Shown here: piece by piece, positions 9,899 through 16,995 of the stretch
Layout of the letters: each line of letters begins with the position of its first letter
Numbering within the stretch: position 1 is the stretch's first letter
The notes under the pieces: generated by a model
What the model saw: only the letters and a program-made list of their open reading frames with translations
Database searches by the model: none
Told to the model about the DNA's origin: nothing
IMG/VR virus record: IMGVR_UViG_3300048580_000163
Coordinates: 48,142-68,141 of that record
From: an uncultured virus (IMG/VR IMGVR_UViG_3300048580_000163)
Lineage: Duplodnaviria > Heunggongvirae > Uroviricota > Caudoviricetes
Length of the DNA: 20,000 nt
Strand: one strand, 5' to 3'
Made by a program: the position numbers and the translations under genes

Positions 9899-9979
9899 TT
9901 ATTTTCTTTTTATTTCTTTTAAAATTGAATGTAAAATGTATCCTATAAGTGTTAATTGTAACGATATAATTAGAAGCAT
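9899..9979 (-). CDS. Putative 26-aa membrane peptide (MLLIISLQLTLIGYILHSILKEIKRK)
   Basis: Hand-translated; fills the gap, with a hydrophobic helix and basic tail. Confidence 0.45.
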   Translation of the reverse strand: MLLIISLQLTLIGYILHSILKEIKRK

Positions 9980-9991
9980 ATTTTATTTTTT

Positions 9992-10369
9992 TTACAAATC
10001 TACTAAATTAATTTTACTACTAACTAAAATTGTCGAATTATTTTCTAAATATTCTGTAAGCGTGGCATTTACAAAACTCTCAGGCACATCGAAGTAAGAT
10101 GCAATCTCTGGACTTGAGTTATCTTTATTAGACAAGAAATACTCTATTATATATATCTTTTTCTTTGAATATATAAGTGATGAATACAACCTCTTATAAT
10201 GACTCTTCTTAAAGTTTATAATACTCTCAAATTCTTCTTCATCAAAGTAAAGCACCTTACCACTCTTTCTATTATCCTTTACTATGCCTAATACCTTCAT
10301 TCTATGCGTTATAGTTGTTTTATCTATATTGCAGTACTCAGCTATATCTTTTACGGTGTATGTATTCAT
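9992..10369 (-). CDS. Helix-turn-helix DNA-binding protein (probably two HTHs)
   Basis: TVKDIAEYCNIDKTTITHRM and SSPEIASYFDVPESFVNATL. Confidence 0.7.
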   Translation of the reverse strand: MNTYTVKDIAEYCNIDKTTITHRMKVLGIVKDNRKSGKVLYFDEEEFESIINFKKSHYKRLYSSLIYSKKKIYIIEYFLSNKDNSSPEIASYFDVPESFVNATLTEYLENNSTILVSSKINLVDL

Positions 10370-10611
10370 AGTCCTTTTTCTTTTTTATAGATTTCTAATA
10401 CTTCTGCTGATGTATAAGGTTTAAGTCCTAATTTAATAATCCAATTTCCATTAGGCAGCCTAGTATTATCCCATTTATATAACCACTCCGCAAACTCAAT
10501 AGCAAACTCATCTGCTATCCCCTCAATAACTTCAGCGGTAGGTGTATAAATTATAGAGTAATCGCTAAGTTTATTACTGCGTGCCTCTTGTATTTTATCT
10601 ACTAATTTCAT
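10366..10611 (-). CDS. Hypothetical protein, paralogue of 8706-8900
   Basis: FAIEFAEW...EVLEIYKKEKGL. Confidence 0.7.
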   Translation of the reverse strand: MKLVDKIQEARSNKLSDYSIIYTPTAEVIEGIADEFAIEFAEWLYKWDNTRLPNGNWIIKLGLKPYTSAEVLEIYKKEKGL

Positions 10612-10614
10612 ATA

Positions 10615-12462
10615 TTAAAATGGTATTGCGTTATTAATATCTATTGGTCCAAACGCTTGGTCTGGTGTAGGTGTTGGCAATGGAGTATCACACTCATCAA
10701 TCTCCTTTACAACCTTTCTAATTATAGGCTCTGCATTCTCGTTCAACAAGTAAGGAAGACCATCTTCATTAACTGAATAACAAAAATCTGCTATTGGAAA
10801 TCCCCTTGTGTGGCTAAAGTGAGCTTTAACACAATCACCTTCTGGAGTTACCTGACATACAGTCTCTGCCTTCTTTAACATAGAAGACCCTATATGCCCT
10901 ACAGCCTTAGTAGTTCCAAAGTTAGAGTGCAAGATAGTTGTTAAGTGAAATTGCTTATCATCGGTCCACTTCATTACTTTTTGTATTACAGCCTGACTTT
11001 CTTTTAGATCATTAAAGTCGTTAACTAAATCAGCAAGACCATCAATCGCTATAAAACCAATATTATCCTTCATCTCGCTTTCGTAAATCAACCACTCTAT
11101 AAATTGAAGTCTTTCTTTAGGCTCGTATGGTCTTAATGCAAAAGGCTTATAAAACTCGTAATTTTCAACGCCAACTAATCTTGTGACCCTCTTAAATACA
11201 TTCTGGGCATGCCAACTTGATTGCTCAGTATCCAAATCAATAATAAAGCATTCCCTATCTCTGTGGCTTTTTATAGACGATGTATAGTTAGATGTTTGAC
11301 CTCCAATAAAAGAAGCTGTAATCAAAGATTTTAAGAATGTCTTCTTAGACTTAGATGCTCCAACAATACAACTAAAGTTTCCATAAGTACCAAATGGTAT
11401 AGGAAAATCTTTACTACCCATTCTATGCGTTCCAATTGATACTGCTACTGGTGGATACTCAATCTTCTTTGTTACATCAACAAATGAAGCCTTGTATATA
11501 TTCTCAAGGTTTACGGATATACTTTGTTTTGGAGATACATCATTAGGCAGATATTCTTTTATTATGGTATCTTCATCTGTAAATGACTTAGTTCCAAATA
11601 CGTGTGTCTTATTATAAGCACTCTCGATACAAGAATTAATCTCTTGAATTTCAAAACCAGTGTGTTCGAACTGAGACATAAAAGACTTAGCTTGCAACTC
11701 AGGTATTCCAAATTCATTGAAAGCCATAGCAAGGATGTAGGTATTCCTATTTCTCTCTCCGTCTATAAGACCATATCTATCTGACCACCACTTATAAAGA
11801 CCATCTATAATTCTATTATTATCAGCTTTAACCTGAACCTTTACTTCCTTAACCTCTACGATTTGAGTTTTTTGCTCAAGCATCTTATCGAATACTAAAG
11901 AATCCTCATTTATATAAATGCCTTCATCGTAAGAAACATAACAAACCCTTGCCTCATTAACACAAGAATCATCAAAGTTAGGTGAATTAAAGTGTTCCTT
12001 AAGACCATAAAAGTATTTCCTGTGGTTTTCAATTTTAGTTGGAACTTTAACCAATACCTTTAAACCTTCACCAGATGGAGATACAAATACAGAGAATACA
12101 TAGTCATCATTCATTAAATCATCCTTAATAGAAATCATCTCGAACTCATTACTGAACTTATCTAAATCAAGACACATAAGACCACTATGCTCTACCAATC
12201 CCTTATCTGTTCTCCAAGAAACCTTATTGTTTCTACCTGATTCAACACCATCTTGTTTAGATGAAGAGAATAGTATTGATGTCAAAGACGACTTTAATCT
12301 ACTTTGATTACCCTTATCGTTCTCATTTCTAATAGCCTCTACCTTATCTTTAAAAGCCCCATCTTTTATTGCCTTTAATATCTTACTAACCTCAACATAT
12401 CTTGGTTCAGATGTATCGTTAATGTTATTAAATACTGCTACTTTCATATCTTTATTTTTCAT
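10615..12462 (-). CDS. Primase-helicase: VirE-N/BT4734-like domain + PriCT-1 + RecA-like AAA_25 helicase
   Basis: HSGLMCLDLD, FVSPSGEGLK and ARVCYVSYD (VirE-N); GERNRNTYILAMAFNEFGI (PriCT); GASKSKKT Walker A, DTEQ and IAIDGLAD Walker B. Confidence 0.85.
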   Translation of the reverse strand: MKNKDMKVAVFNNINDTSEPRYVEVSKILKAIKDGAFKDKVEAIRNENDKGNQSRLKSSLTSILFSSSKQDGVESGRNNKVSWRTDKGLVEHSGLMCLDLDKFSNEFEMISIKDDLMNDDYVFSVFVSPSGEGLKVLVKVPTKIENHRKYFYGLKEHFNSPNFDDSCVNEARVCYVSYDEGIYINEDSLVFDKMLEQKTQIVEVKEVKVQVKADNNRIIDGLYKWWSDRYGLIDGERNRNTYILAMAFNEFGIPELQAKSFMSQFEHTGFEIQEINSCIESAYNKTHVFGTKSFTDEDTIIKEYLPNDVSPKQSISVNLENIYKASFVDVTKKIEYPPVAVSIGTHRMGSKDFPIPFGTYGNFSCIVGASKSKKTFLKSLITASFIGGQTSNYTSSIKSHRDRECFIIDLDTEQSSWHAQNVFKRVTRLVGVENYEFYKPFALRPYEPKERLQFIEWLIYESEMKDNIGFIAIDGLADLVNDFNDLKESQAVIQKVMKWTDDKQFHLTTILHSNFGTTKAVGHIGSSMLKKAETVCQVTPEGDCVKAHFSHTRGFPIADFCYSVNEDGLPYLLNENAEPIIRKVVKEIDECDTPLPTPTPDQAFGPIDINNAIPF

Positions 12463-13408
12463 ATTCTATTTTTATAGGTAACATTCTACCGCCCTCCATA
12501 AGTCTTGCTGTCTTCTGTCTTTCCCAAGTAGCTAAATCTTTATCGCTTAGTAGTTTCTTTTGCTCATCACTTAATTCCCTTACCCAAAAGTCTGATGGTA
12601 GTACTTGTTTTTTAGTCGGAACAGAAGATGATCTTATAAGTAAATCAGACATTTTTTCTCTTAACTTAGATGTAGACATTATATTCTTCATCCAGAATTC
12701 ATCATTCATTAAAAAAGCATATACCTTTCTAAAATCTTCCTCTGTTTTTTTATCTTGCGTAAAAGATAATCTTATTGGATCGACATAGTTTTTGTAAGTA
12801 GCGTTTTCTTGGTCTCTAAAATCATTAACACCTAAAGCCTTTTTGTTCTTTATAAATAAATCTCTAAAACCAATAGCTATTTTAAAATATACTTGTTCTT
12901 GCTTATCGAGTGTAGTAACATCAACTTCTGATAATTTGGTTTTAAATAAATCTTTCTTAGAATCTTTTTTCGTAGGTGTCTGAGAAGACCCTACAAGAGA
13001 ATTATTATTTATATTATTATAACTTGTATTATTATCTTTAATCGTATGTTGATACCCCTTTAATTCTATGTTGATACCTATTGTATCGTTATTGATACCT
13101 GTTAAACCATTATTTATACCTATTGAAGATAGTCTTATCACTCTTTTTTGTATCTCTTTTGAACCTTCTTTATATATGTAATTGCAAGATATAAACCCAT
13201 TATCTTTTAGGTTTTTAATCCATTTAGATATAGCTTGAGGTGTACAAGAATAAAGTTCAGCGAAGTAGTCATTAGATGCCCAACAATAACCTTCCTTGTG
13301 TGTTAGAGCTGTTATTTCTGCATACAAAAGTTTTTCGTTTGCATTGATTTGTTTACTATACCTTACATCTGCTGTAAGAATAGCGTAGTAGTTTGGTTGT
13401 TCTTTCAT
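12452..13408 (-). CDS. Phage replication initiator / replisome organizer with N-terminal winged HTH
   Basis: PNYYAILTADVRY...EKLLYAEITAL...GYCWASNDYFAELY...ISKWIKNLKDNGFI; C-terminal FWMKNIMSTSKLREK; lies directly upstream of the primase-helicase. Confidence 0.85.
   Translation of the reverse strand: MKEQPNYYAILTADVRYSKQINANEKLLYAEITALTHKEGYCWASNDYFAELYSCTPQAISKWIKNLKDNGFISCNYIYKEGSKEIQKRVIRLSSIGINNGLTGINNDTIGINIELKGYQHTIKDNNTSYNNINNNSLVGSSQTPTKKDSKKDLFKTKLSEVDVTTLDKQEQVYFKIAIGFRDLFIKNKKALGVNDFRDQENATYKNYVDPIRLSFTQDKKTEEDFRKVYAFLMNDEFWMKNIMSTSKLREKMSDLLIRSSSVPTKKQVLPSDFWVRELSDEQKKLLSDKDLATWERQKTARLMEGGRMLPIKIEYEK
13045..13120. repeat. Four iteron-like direct repeats (T[G/A]TT[G/T]ATACC) inside the initiator gene; putative origin
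   Basis: GATACC/TATACC cores at 13051, 13073, 13094 and 13115 (spacing 22/21/21 bp), next to a very AT-rich tract at about 12999-13042. Confidence 0.75.
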
Positions 13409-13422
13409 TTGTAGTGGTTTTT

Positions 13423-13470
13423 AAAAAGACAAAATCCCAATACAGCCACTACACTATATTGAGATTTGTC
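13423..13470 (-). terminator. Intrinsic terminator/attenuator hairpin in the initiator leader
   Basis: GACAAATCTCAATATAG-[TGTAGTGG]-CTGTATTGGGATTTTGTC followed by TTTTT: 17 bp including 2 G-U pairs and one bulge. Confidence 0.75.
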
Positions 13471-13519
13471 GGATTGCTAATTTAGCATAAATTTTCTCTG
13501 CAAGTAGTGGATTGCTCTG

Positions 13520-13527
13520 CAAATATA
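13520..13527 (-). promoter_or_regulatory. Bacteroidota -7 promoter box (TATATTTG) for the replication operon
   Basis: TATATTTGCA about 110 nt upstream of the initiator ATG. Confidence 0.75.
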
Positions 13528-13557
13528 CAAAATATTTTAATACAAAAAAGTGATTAC

Positions 13558-13678
13558 AAAAAAAAGATGTCTTTCCATCAGTCAATCCATATCCACTTTT
13601 GACAGTCAATTATGAGTTAACCGTTTTCTTATACTGTCAGTTGAAACGACCAAGTGGAATAGCTACCTTACAGGATTT
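13558..13678 (-). ncRNA. Putative structured ncRNA ending in a GATG-GAAAGA-CATC hairpin plus U-tract
   Basis: Nested helices AATCC/GGATT, TCCACTT/AAGTGGA and TGACAGT/ACTGTCA; no ORF in the track here; lies downstream of the tRNA-like element. Confidence 0.5.
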
Positions 13679-13710
13679 GTAAAGATTTTTATCATAAGAA
13701 AACTACTATG

Positions 13711-13786
13711 CTCCAAAGGAAGTATTCGAAACTTCATTTATCAACAGTTGCCCATTGATTGTGTTACCAAGTTACACTACTTTGGA
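13711..13786 (-). ncRNA. tRNA-like RNA lacking a canonical anticodon loop
   Basis: TCCAAAG TA GTGT AACTTGGTA ACAC A ATCAATGG GCAA CTGTTGAT AAAT GAAGT TTCGAAT ACTTC CTTTGGA G. Acceptor, D and T stems are perfectly paired; the D-loop has GG and the T-loop is TTCGAAT; there is no encoded CCA. Confidence 0.8.
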
Positions 13787-13846
13787 TTTAGCTTCTAATC
13801 AATTATCAGTTTGAACGCTTTACACAGCTTAGCTATTTTACCTTTG

Positions 13847-13854
13847 CAAATATA
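13847..13854 (-). promoter_or_regulatory. Bacteroidota -7 promoter box (TATATTTG) upstream of the tRNA-like/ncRNA unit
   Basis: TATATTTGCA just after the stop of ORF 13866-14096 and about 60 nt before the cloverleaf. Confidence 0.75.
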
Positions 13855-13865
13855 AGAACTATCTT

Positions 13866-14096
13866 CTAAATAAAGAAAGCTTCATCTATATAATTTAATA
13901 TAACCTCCTTAATTAATTCCTTATCTAAATACATTCTCTGCATCATATCAATTCCGAGTTCAACACTTATGTTCTTATCTGAGTTTATCATATTTGATGT
14001 GTAACTCTCTGATCTCCTGATGTACTTTGCAAACTCCCTATTATTCTTTTGCCCAGATAGTTCAAAGATTACCCTTTGCAGTGTCTTATTTTCCAT
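13866..14096 (-). CDS. Cro/C1 (XRE)-like HTH regulator
   Basis: NNREFAKYIRRSESYTSNMINSDKNISVELG fits the XRE HTH pattern. Confidence 0.65.
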   Translation of the reverse strand: MENKTLQRVIFELSGQKNNREFAKYIRRSESYTSNMINSDKNISVELGIDMMQRMYLDKELIKEVILNYIDEAFFI

Positions 14097-14568
14097 CTCC
14101 TACAGCTTTCTTAATATTAGTTATATCTCTCTTTAATCTCTCTAAATATAGAATCATATCCATTCCTTCCTCAATTGCGTGATCAATCCACTGCTCTGTT
14201 GTAAGGTCATCCCTATCTAATGTGGTGTTGTATTTCTTAATACCAACATCACTCCTGCTCTTAAATTTATCTACAATTGCTTCAACTATGGTATCTTTCT
14301 TGCCTTTCTTCTTTAGTAGTTTAAATTCCTTACCAATCATACAAGAAGTTATCTTCATACCATCAATACCATTTATTGGTTTGCTTATGGTTAATACACT
14401 ACCATCTTGATTTACCACTTCAACTACCTCTCCTTTCACAGCTAATGTGTAGTTTGCATTGTCTTCCATACACTTAAGTTTTCTACCAACAAATGATTTA
14501 GTTTCTTCTCCCTTAACTTCTTTCGATTCCTTTACTACAATGTTATAAATTGCTTCGTCTAAATACAT
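14086..14568 (-). CDS. Two-domain protein: beta-rich N-terminal domain + C-terminal all-alpha NTP-PPase-like domain
   Basis: C-terminal RSDVGIKKYNTTLDR...WIDHAIEEGMDMILYLE resembles phage all-alpha nucleotide pyrophosphatase-like proteins. Confidence 0.6.
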   Translation of the reverse strand: MYLDEAIYNIVVKESKEVKGEETKSFVGRKLKCMEDNANYTLAVKGEVVEVVNQDGSVLTISKPINGIDGMKITSCMIGKEFKLLKKKGKKDTIVEAIVDKFKSRSDVGIKKYNTTLDRDDLTTEQWIDHAIEEGMDMILYLERLKRDITNIKKAVGDGK

Positions 14569-14572
14569 AATC

Positions 14573-14824
14573 TTATTTATTTATATGGTTATTAATTATA
14601 CTTAATTCATTATTTGCTTCTTGTAATCTCTTATTTAATTCTCTCTCGAAGACTACATCAAACATTTTCTTAATCTTAATTGATTCTTCTGTGGTCTTAC
14701 CATTGAATACCACAAATCTAATACTCTTAACATCCTCCGATACAGAGTCTTTTTTATTTGCATTGATTAGAGTATTGTATATTACATTTACTCTATTGAT
14801 AATTTTCTCCTTAATTGTTTCCAT
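14573..14824 (-). CDS. Hypothetical protein
   Basis: 83-aa ORF, operon-packed. Confidence 0.7.
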   Translation of the reverse strand: METIKEKIINRVNVIYNTLINANKKDSVSEDVKSIRFVVFNGKTTEESIKIKKMFDVVFERELNKRLQEANNELSIINNHINK

Positions 14825-15206
14825 TTTTACTTTCTTTTATAATTGATATTAGTTTCTTCAAACATTCAAGTTCTGCTTCTTCGTAAGTAAGTGATTTTCC
14901 AAAACTATAAGAACGTTTACCTAATACGTCATCTAAATAAACCTGATAGTATTTTACAGAAGTATGTCTATAACATCCAATATGAAATTCAAATTCATAC
15001 TTCTCTCTAAACCATCTAAATGCTTGTTGGTAAAGTGGCGCAGTACAAACTATATCATTCAAATCTTCATTTCTCCTACCCATATTTGGTCTTAGTACAA
15101 GATGTTTTTTATCTCCAGTATAATAACCAAAACAAGGCTCATCAAATCCTAATTCTTTTAAAGCTAATGCTTGTTCATATGGAATGAACTCTCTTTCTAT
15201 ACCCAT
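14811..15206 (-). CDS. Hypothetical protein of a family common in Bacteroidota phages
   Basis: EFIPYEQALALKELGFDEPC...APLYQQAFRWFREKY...TYEEAELECLKKLI pattern, recognised from memory only. Confidence 0.75.
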   Translation of the reverse strand: MGIEREFIPYEQALALKELGFDEPCFGYYTGDKKHLVLRPNMGRRNEDLNDIVCTAPLYQQAFRWFREKYEFEFHIGCYRHTSVKYYQVYLDDVLGKRSYSFGKSLTYEEAELECLKKLISIIKESKNGNN

Positions 15207-15208
15207 AG

Positions 15209-15517
15209 TTACCTTCTTTTTTCTTGAATATAGTTAAACACTTGATTGTATGACTGAATAACCTCTCTCTCTGCATCACTTTGATTGCTAAACACAACCC
15301 TATTCCTCTTACTATCACTCTCATTCGTGTCAATCCTCTTATAACTTATGGTATCTTTAATACCCTCTAAATTGTCATTAAGGTTATATCTAACCACATA
15401 GAATCCGTAATCTGCCTTCTCTACTGAGAAAGCCACCTTGACTTCCTTATTAATTACCCCTACCATTGCTATTTCTTCCTCCTTAGGGAAAAATGCTTCT
15501 ACCTTTTGTTTTGCCAT
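15209..15517 (-). CDS. Hypothetical protein
   Basis: 102-aa ORF, operon-packed. Confidence 0.7.
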   Translation of the reverse strand: MAKQKVEAFFPKEEEIAMVGVINKEVKVAFSVEKADYGFYVVRYNLNDNLEGIKDTISYKRIDTNESDSKRNRVVFSNQSDAEREVIQSYNQVFNYIQEKRR

Positions 15518-15520
15518 AAT

Positions 15521-16240
15521 TTATTCTTGATTAAAATCTACCTCAGTTAAGTCAATCTTAACATTCAGATTATCTAATAACTTAACCTGAACGTAATTCT
15601 TTATAAAGTTCTTCTGCCATCTACTTCCGTAGTTATCACGATATGCTCGACAAGTGGTCATAAAGTGATTCTTAGAGCCTTTTAAGACACTTTCTGCATA
15701 CTTGATACCTTTGCCCTTAATACCACTAATTGAATCAGTGCTGTCGCCCATAATCACCTGAACCCATAAATTATAATTAGCCTCCTCTTCTGTGATATTA
15801 TACACCTGACCAAATCTCTGGTAGTAGGTGTCAAACATTACTATCGGATATTGCTTGAGGTCCTTGTCCATTGATGCAATAACCACCTCTGTAAATGGAT
15901 ACTCTTCTTTGCACTTCTTGTGGTAGGAGATTAGTACATCATCGCTTTCATAACCTCCGAGACCATAAGCGTTCCAACTGCCAATTAAGTATTCCTTAAT
16001 TTCATTGTAGAACTTAGGCAGTTCTTTGTTTGCACGACCAACTTTATAACTCTTTACAATTTTTTTCCTGAAGTTATTGTTGAATGGTTTCTCTACAAAT
16101 AATGTGTAATGACTTGCTCCAGATGTCACTATAATATTTGATATTGCCTGGTCTACTTTGTCGTATGCTTGGTCTACTTCTTCGCAGTTATTACCTATGT
16201 ATGCAAAACTGTCAGCGTCTATGAGGATTATCTTATTCAT
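15521..16240 (-). CDS. 5'-3' exonuclease / flap endonuclease (PIN fold, T7 gp6/T5 D15/RNase H-like)
   Basis: ILIDAD, FRK...YKVGR, YESDD, SMDKDL and the H3TH motif GDSTDSISGIKGKG. Confidence 0.9.
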   Translation of the reverse strand: MNKIILIDADSFAYIGNNCEEVDQAYDKVDQAISNIIVTSGASHYTLFVEKPFNNNFRKKIVKSYKVGRANKELPKFYNEIKEYLIGSWNAYGLGGYESDDVLISYHKKCKEEYPFTEVVIASMDKDLKQYPIVMFDTYYQRFGQVYNITEEEANYNLWVQVIMGDSTDSISGIKGKGIKYAESVLKGSKNHFMTTCRAYRDNYGSRWQKNFIKNYVQVKLLDNLNVKIDLTEVDFNQE

Positions 16241-16264
16241 ATATTACTTTATTTAAGAGCCTGG

Positions 16265-16849
16265 TTAAATACCAAGCTCCTTTCTTTGTTCTGGCGTTAT
16301 GTCGTACTTCTCAAGCATCTTCAGTGTCGCCTCCCTATCTTTCTTTAAGGCATCCTTAACCTTTGATAAGTCACTTATTGTTGGTTTCTTAGGGGTTGGC
16401 GCTGTGGAGTTATTAGGTTTTGTAACTTCATCTTTTCCGTGAGTGTTATATCCATCTGCATCAATCGTATCGTCAATAGCGAATAAACCATTTGCAGCAT
16501 ATTTACGAGCATAAGATGATGTAGATCCAGTTAACTGCGATGCATCCATTCCTTTCTTACTTTCTTCTTCCCTAGCCCAACCATAAGACTCTATTGTTTC
16601 CCCTCCATAACTAATTGATGCGCAAGAACGAACGTATATCCTACCTCCTACTTCCACCATATCATCAGATAAGACAAAAGTACAACCTGTATCTTTTAAT
16701 AGTGGTTTTACACCTGCTAATATACCTTCTAGGTTTCTATAAGAATACTTACCAAATGAGTTGTATAAATTCTTTGGTGCATTAAGAGTTGTTTGAATAA
16801 GATTTAATTTCTCTTCTAATGTTTCTTGTGTTTTTTTTGCTGTTGCCAT
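16265..16849 (-). CDS. erf: ERF-family single-strand annealing recombinase
   Basis: APKNLYNSFGKYSYRNLEGIL...AREEESKKGMDASQLTGSTSSYARKYAANGLFAID, including the ERF GSxxSYARKY signature. Confidence 0.9.
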   Translation of the reverse strand: MATAKKTQETLEEKLNLIQTTLNAPKNLYNSFGKYSYRNLEGILAGVKPLLKDTGCTFVLSDDMVEVGGRIYVRSCASISYGGETIESYGWAREEESKKGMDASQLTGSTSSYARKYAANGLFAIDDTIDADGYNTHGKDEVTKPNNSTAPTPKKPTISDLSKVKDALKKDREATLKMLEKYDITPEQRKELGI

Positions 16850-16869
16850 AATTTAATTTGTTTTGTATT

Positions 16870-16902
16870 AAAAAAGAGAAGTACCATACGATACCTCTCT
16901 TT
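16870..16902 (-). terminator. Intrinsic terminator between the SSB-like and ERF genes
   Basis: AAAGAGAGGTATC-GTAT-GGTACTTCTCTTT followed by a T-run. Confidence 0.65.
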
Positions 16903-16995
16903 AGGTTAGTTGTGTTATTTAGTAGTATTTCTCAACGAAAACCTCTAAATCAAATGTGTTAATCAGTTTTTTTATTTCGGGATTACTGAAAACCC

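Noticed and set aside
11338..11361. Walker A GASKSKKT lacking GKT as a sign of an inactive helicase
   Set aside because: KSKKT-type P-loops are, as I recall, usual in this Bacteroidota AAA_25 group, and Walker B and DTEQ are intact.
13566..13583. CTGATGG...GAAA as a hammerhead ribozyme core
   Set aside because: The core needs CTGANGA, a stem II before GAAA and flanking stems I/III; these are absent.
13640..13710. HDV-like/theta ribozyme abutting the tRNA-like 3' end
   Set aside because: I could not build the nested double pseudoknot starting right at the 3' end. Not formally excluded without a motif search.
13744..13756. Calling the cloverleaf tRNA-Cys (GCA) or tRNA-Ala (GGC)
   Set aside because: The loop would be 10 nt with no properly placed U33, and an extended stem with a GNRA loop explains the arm better.
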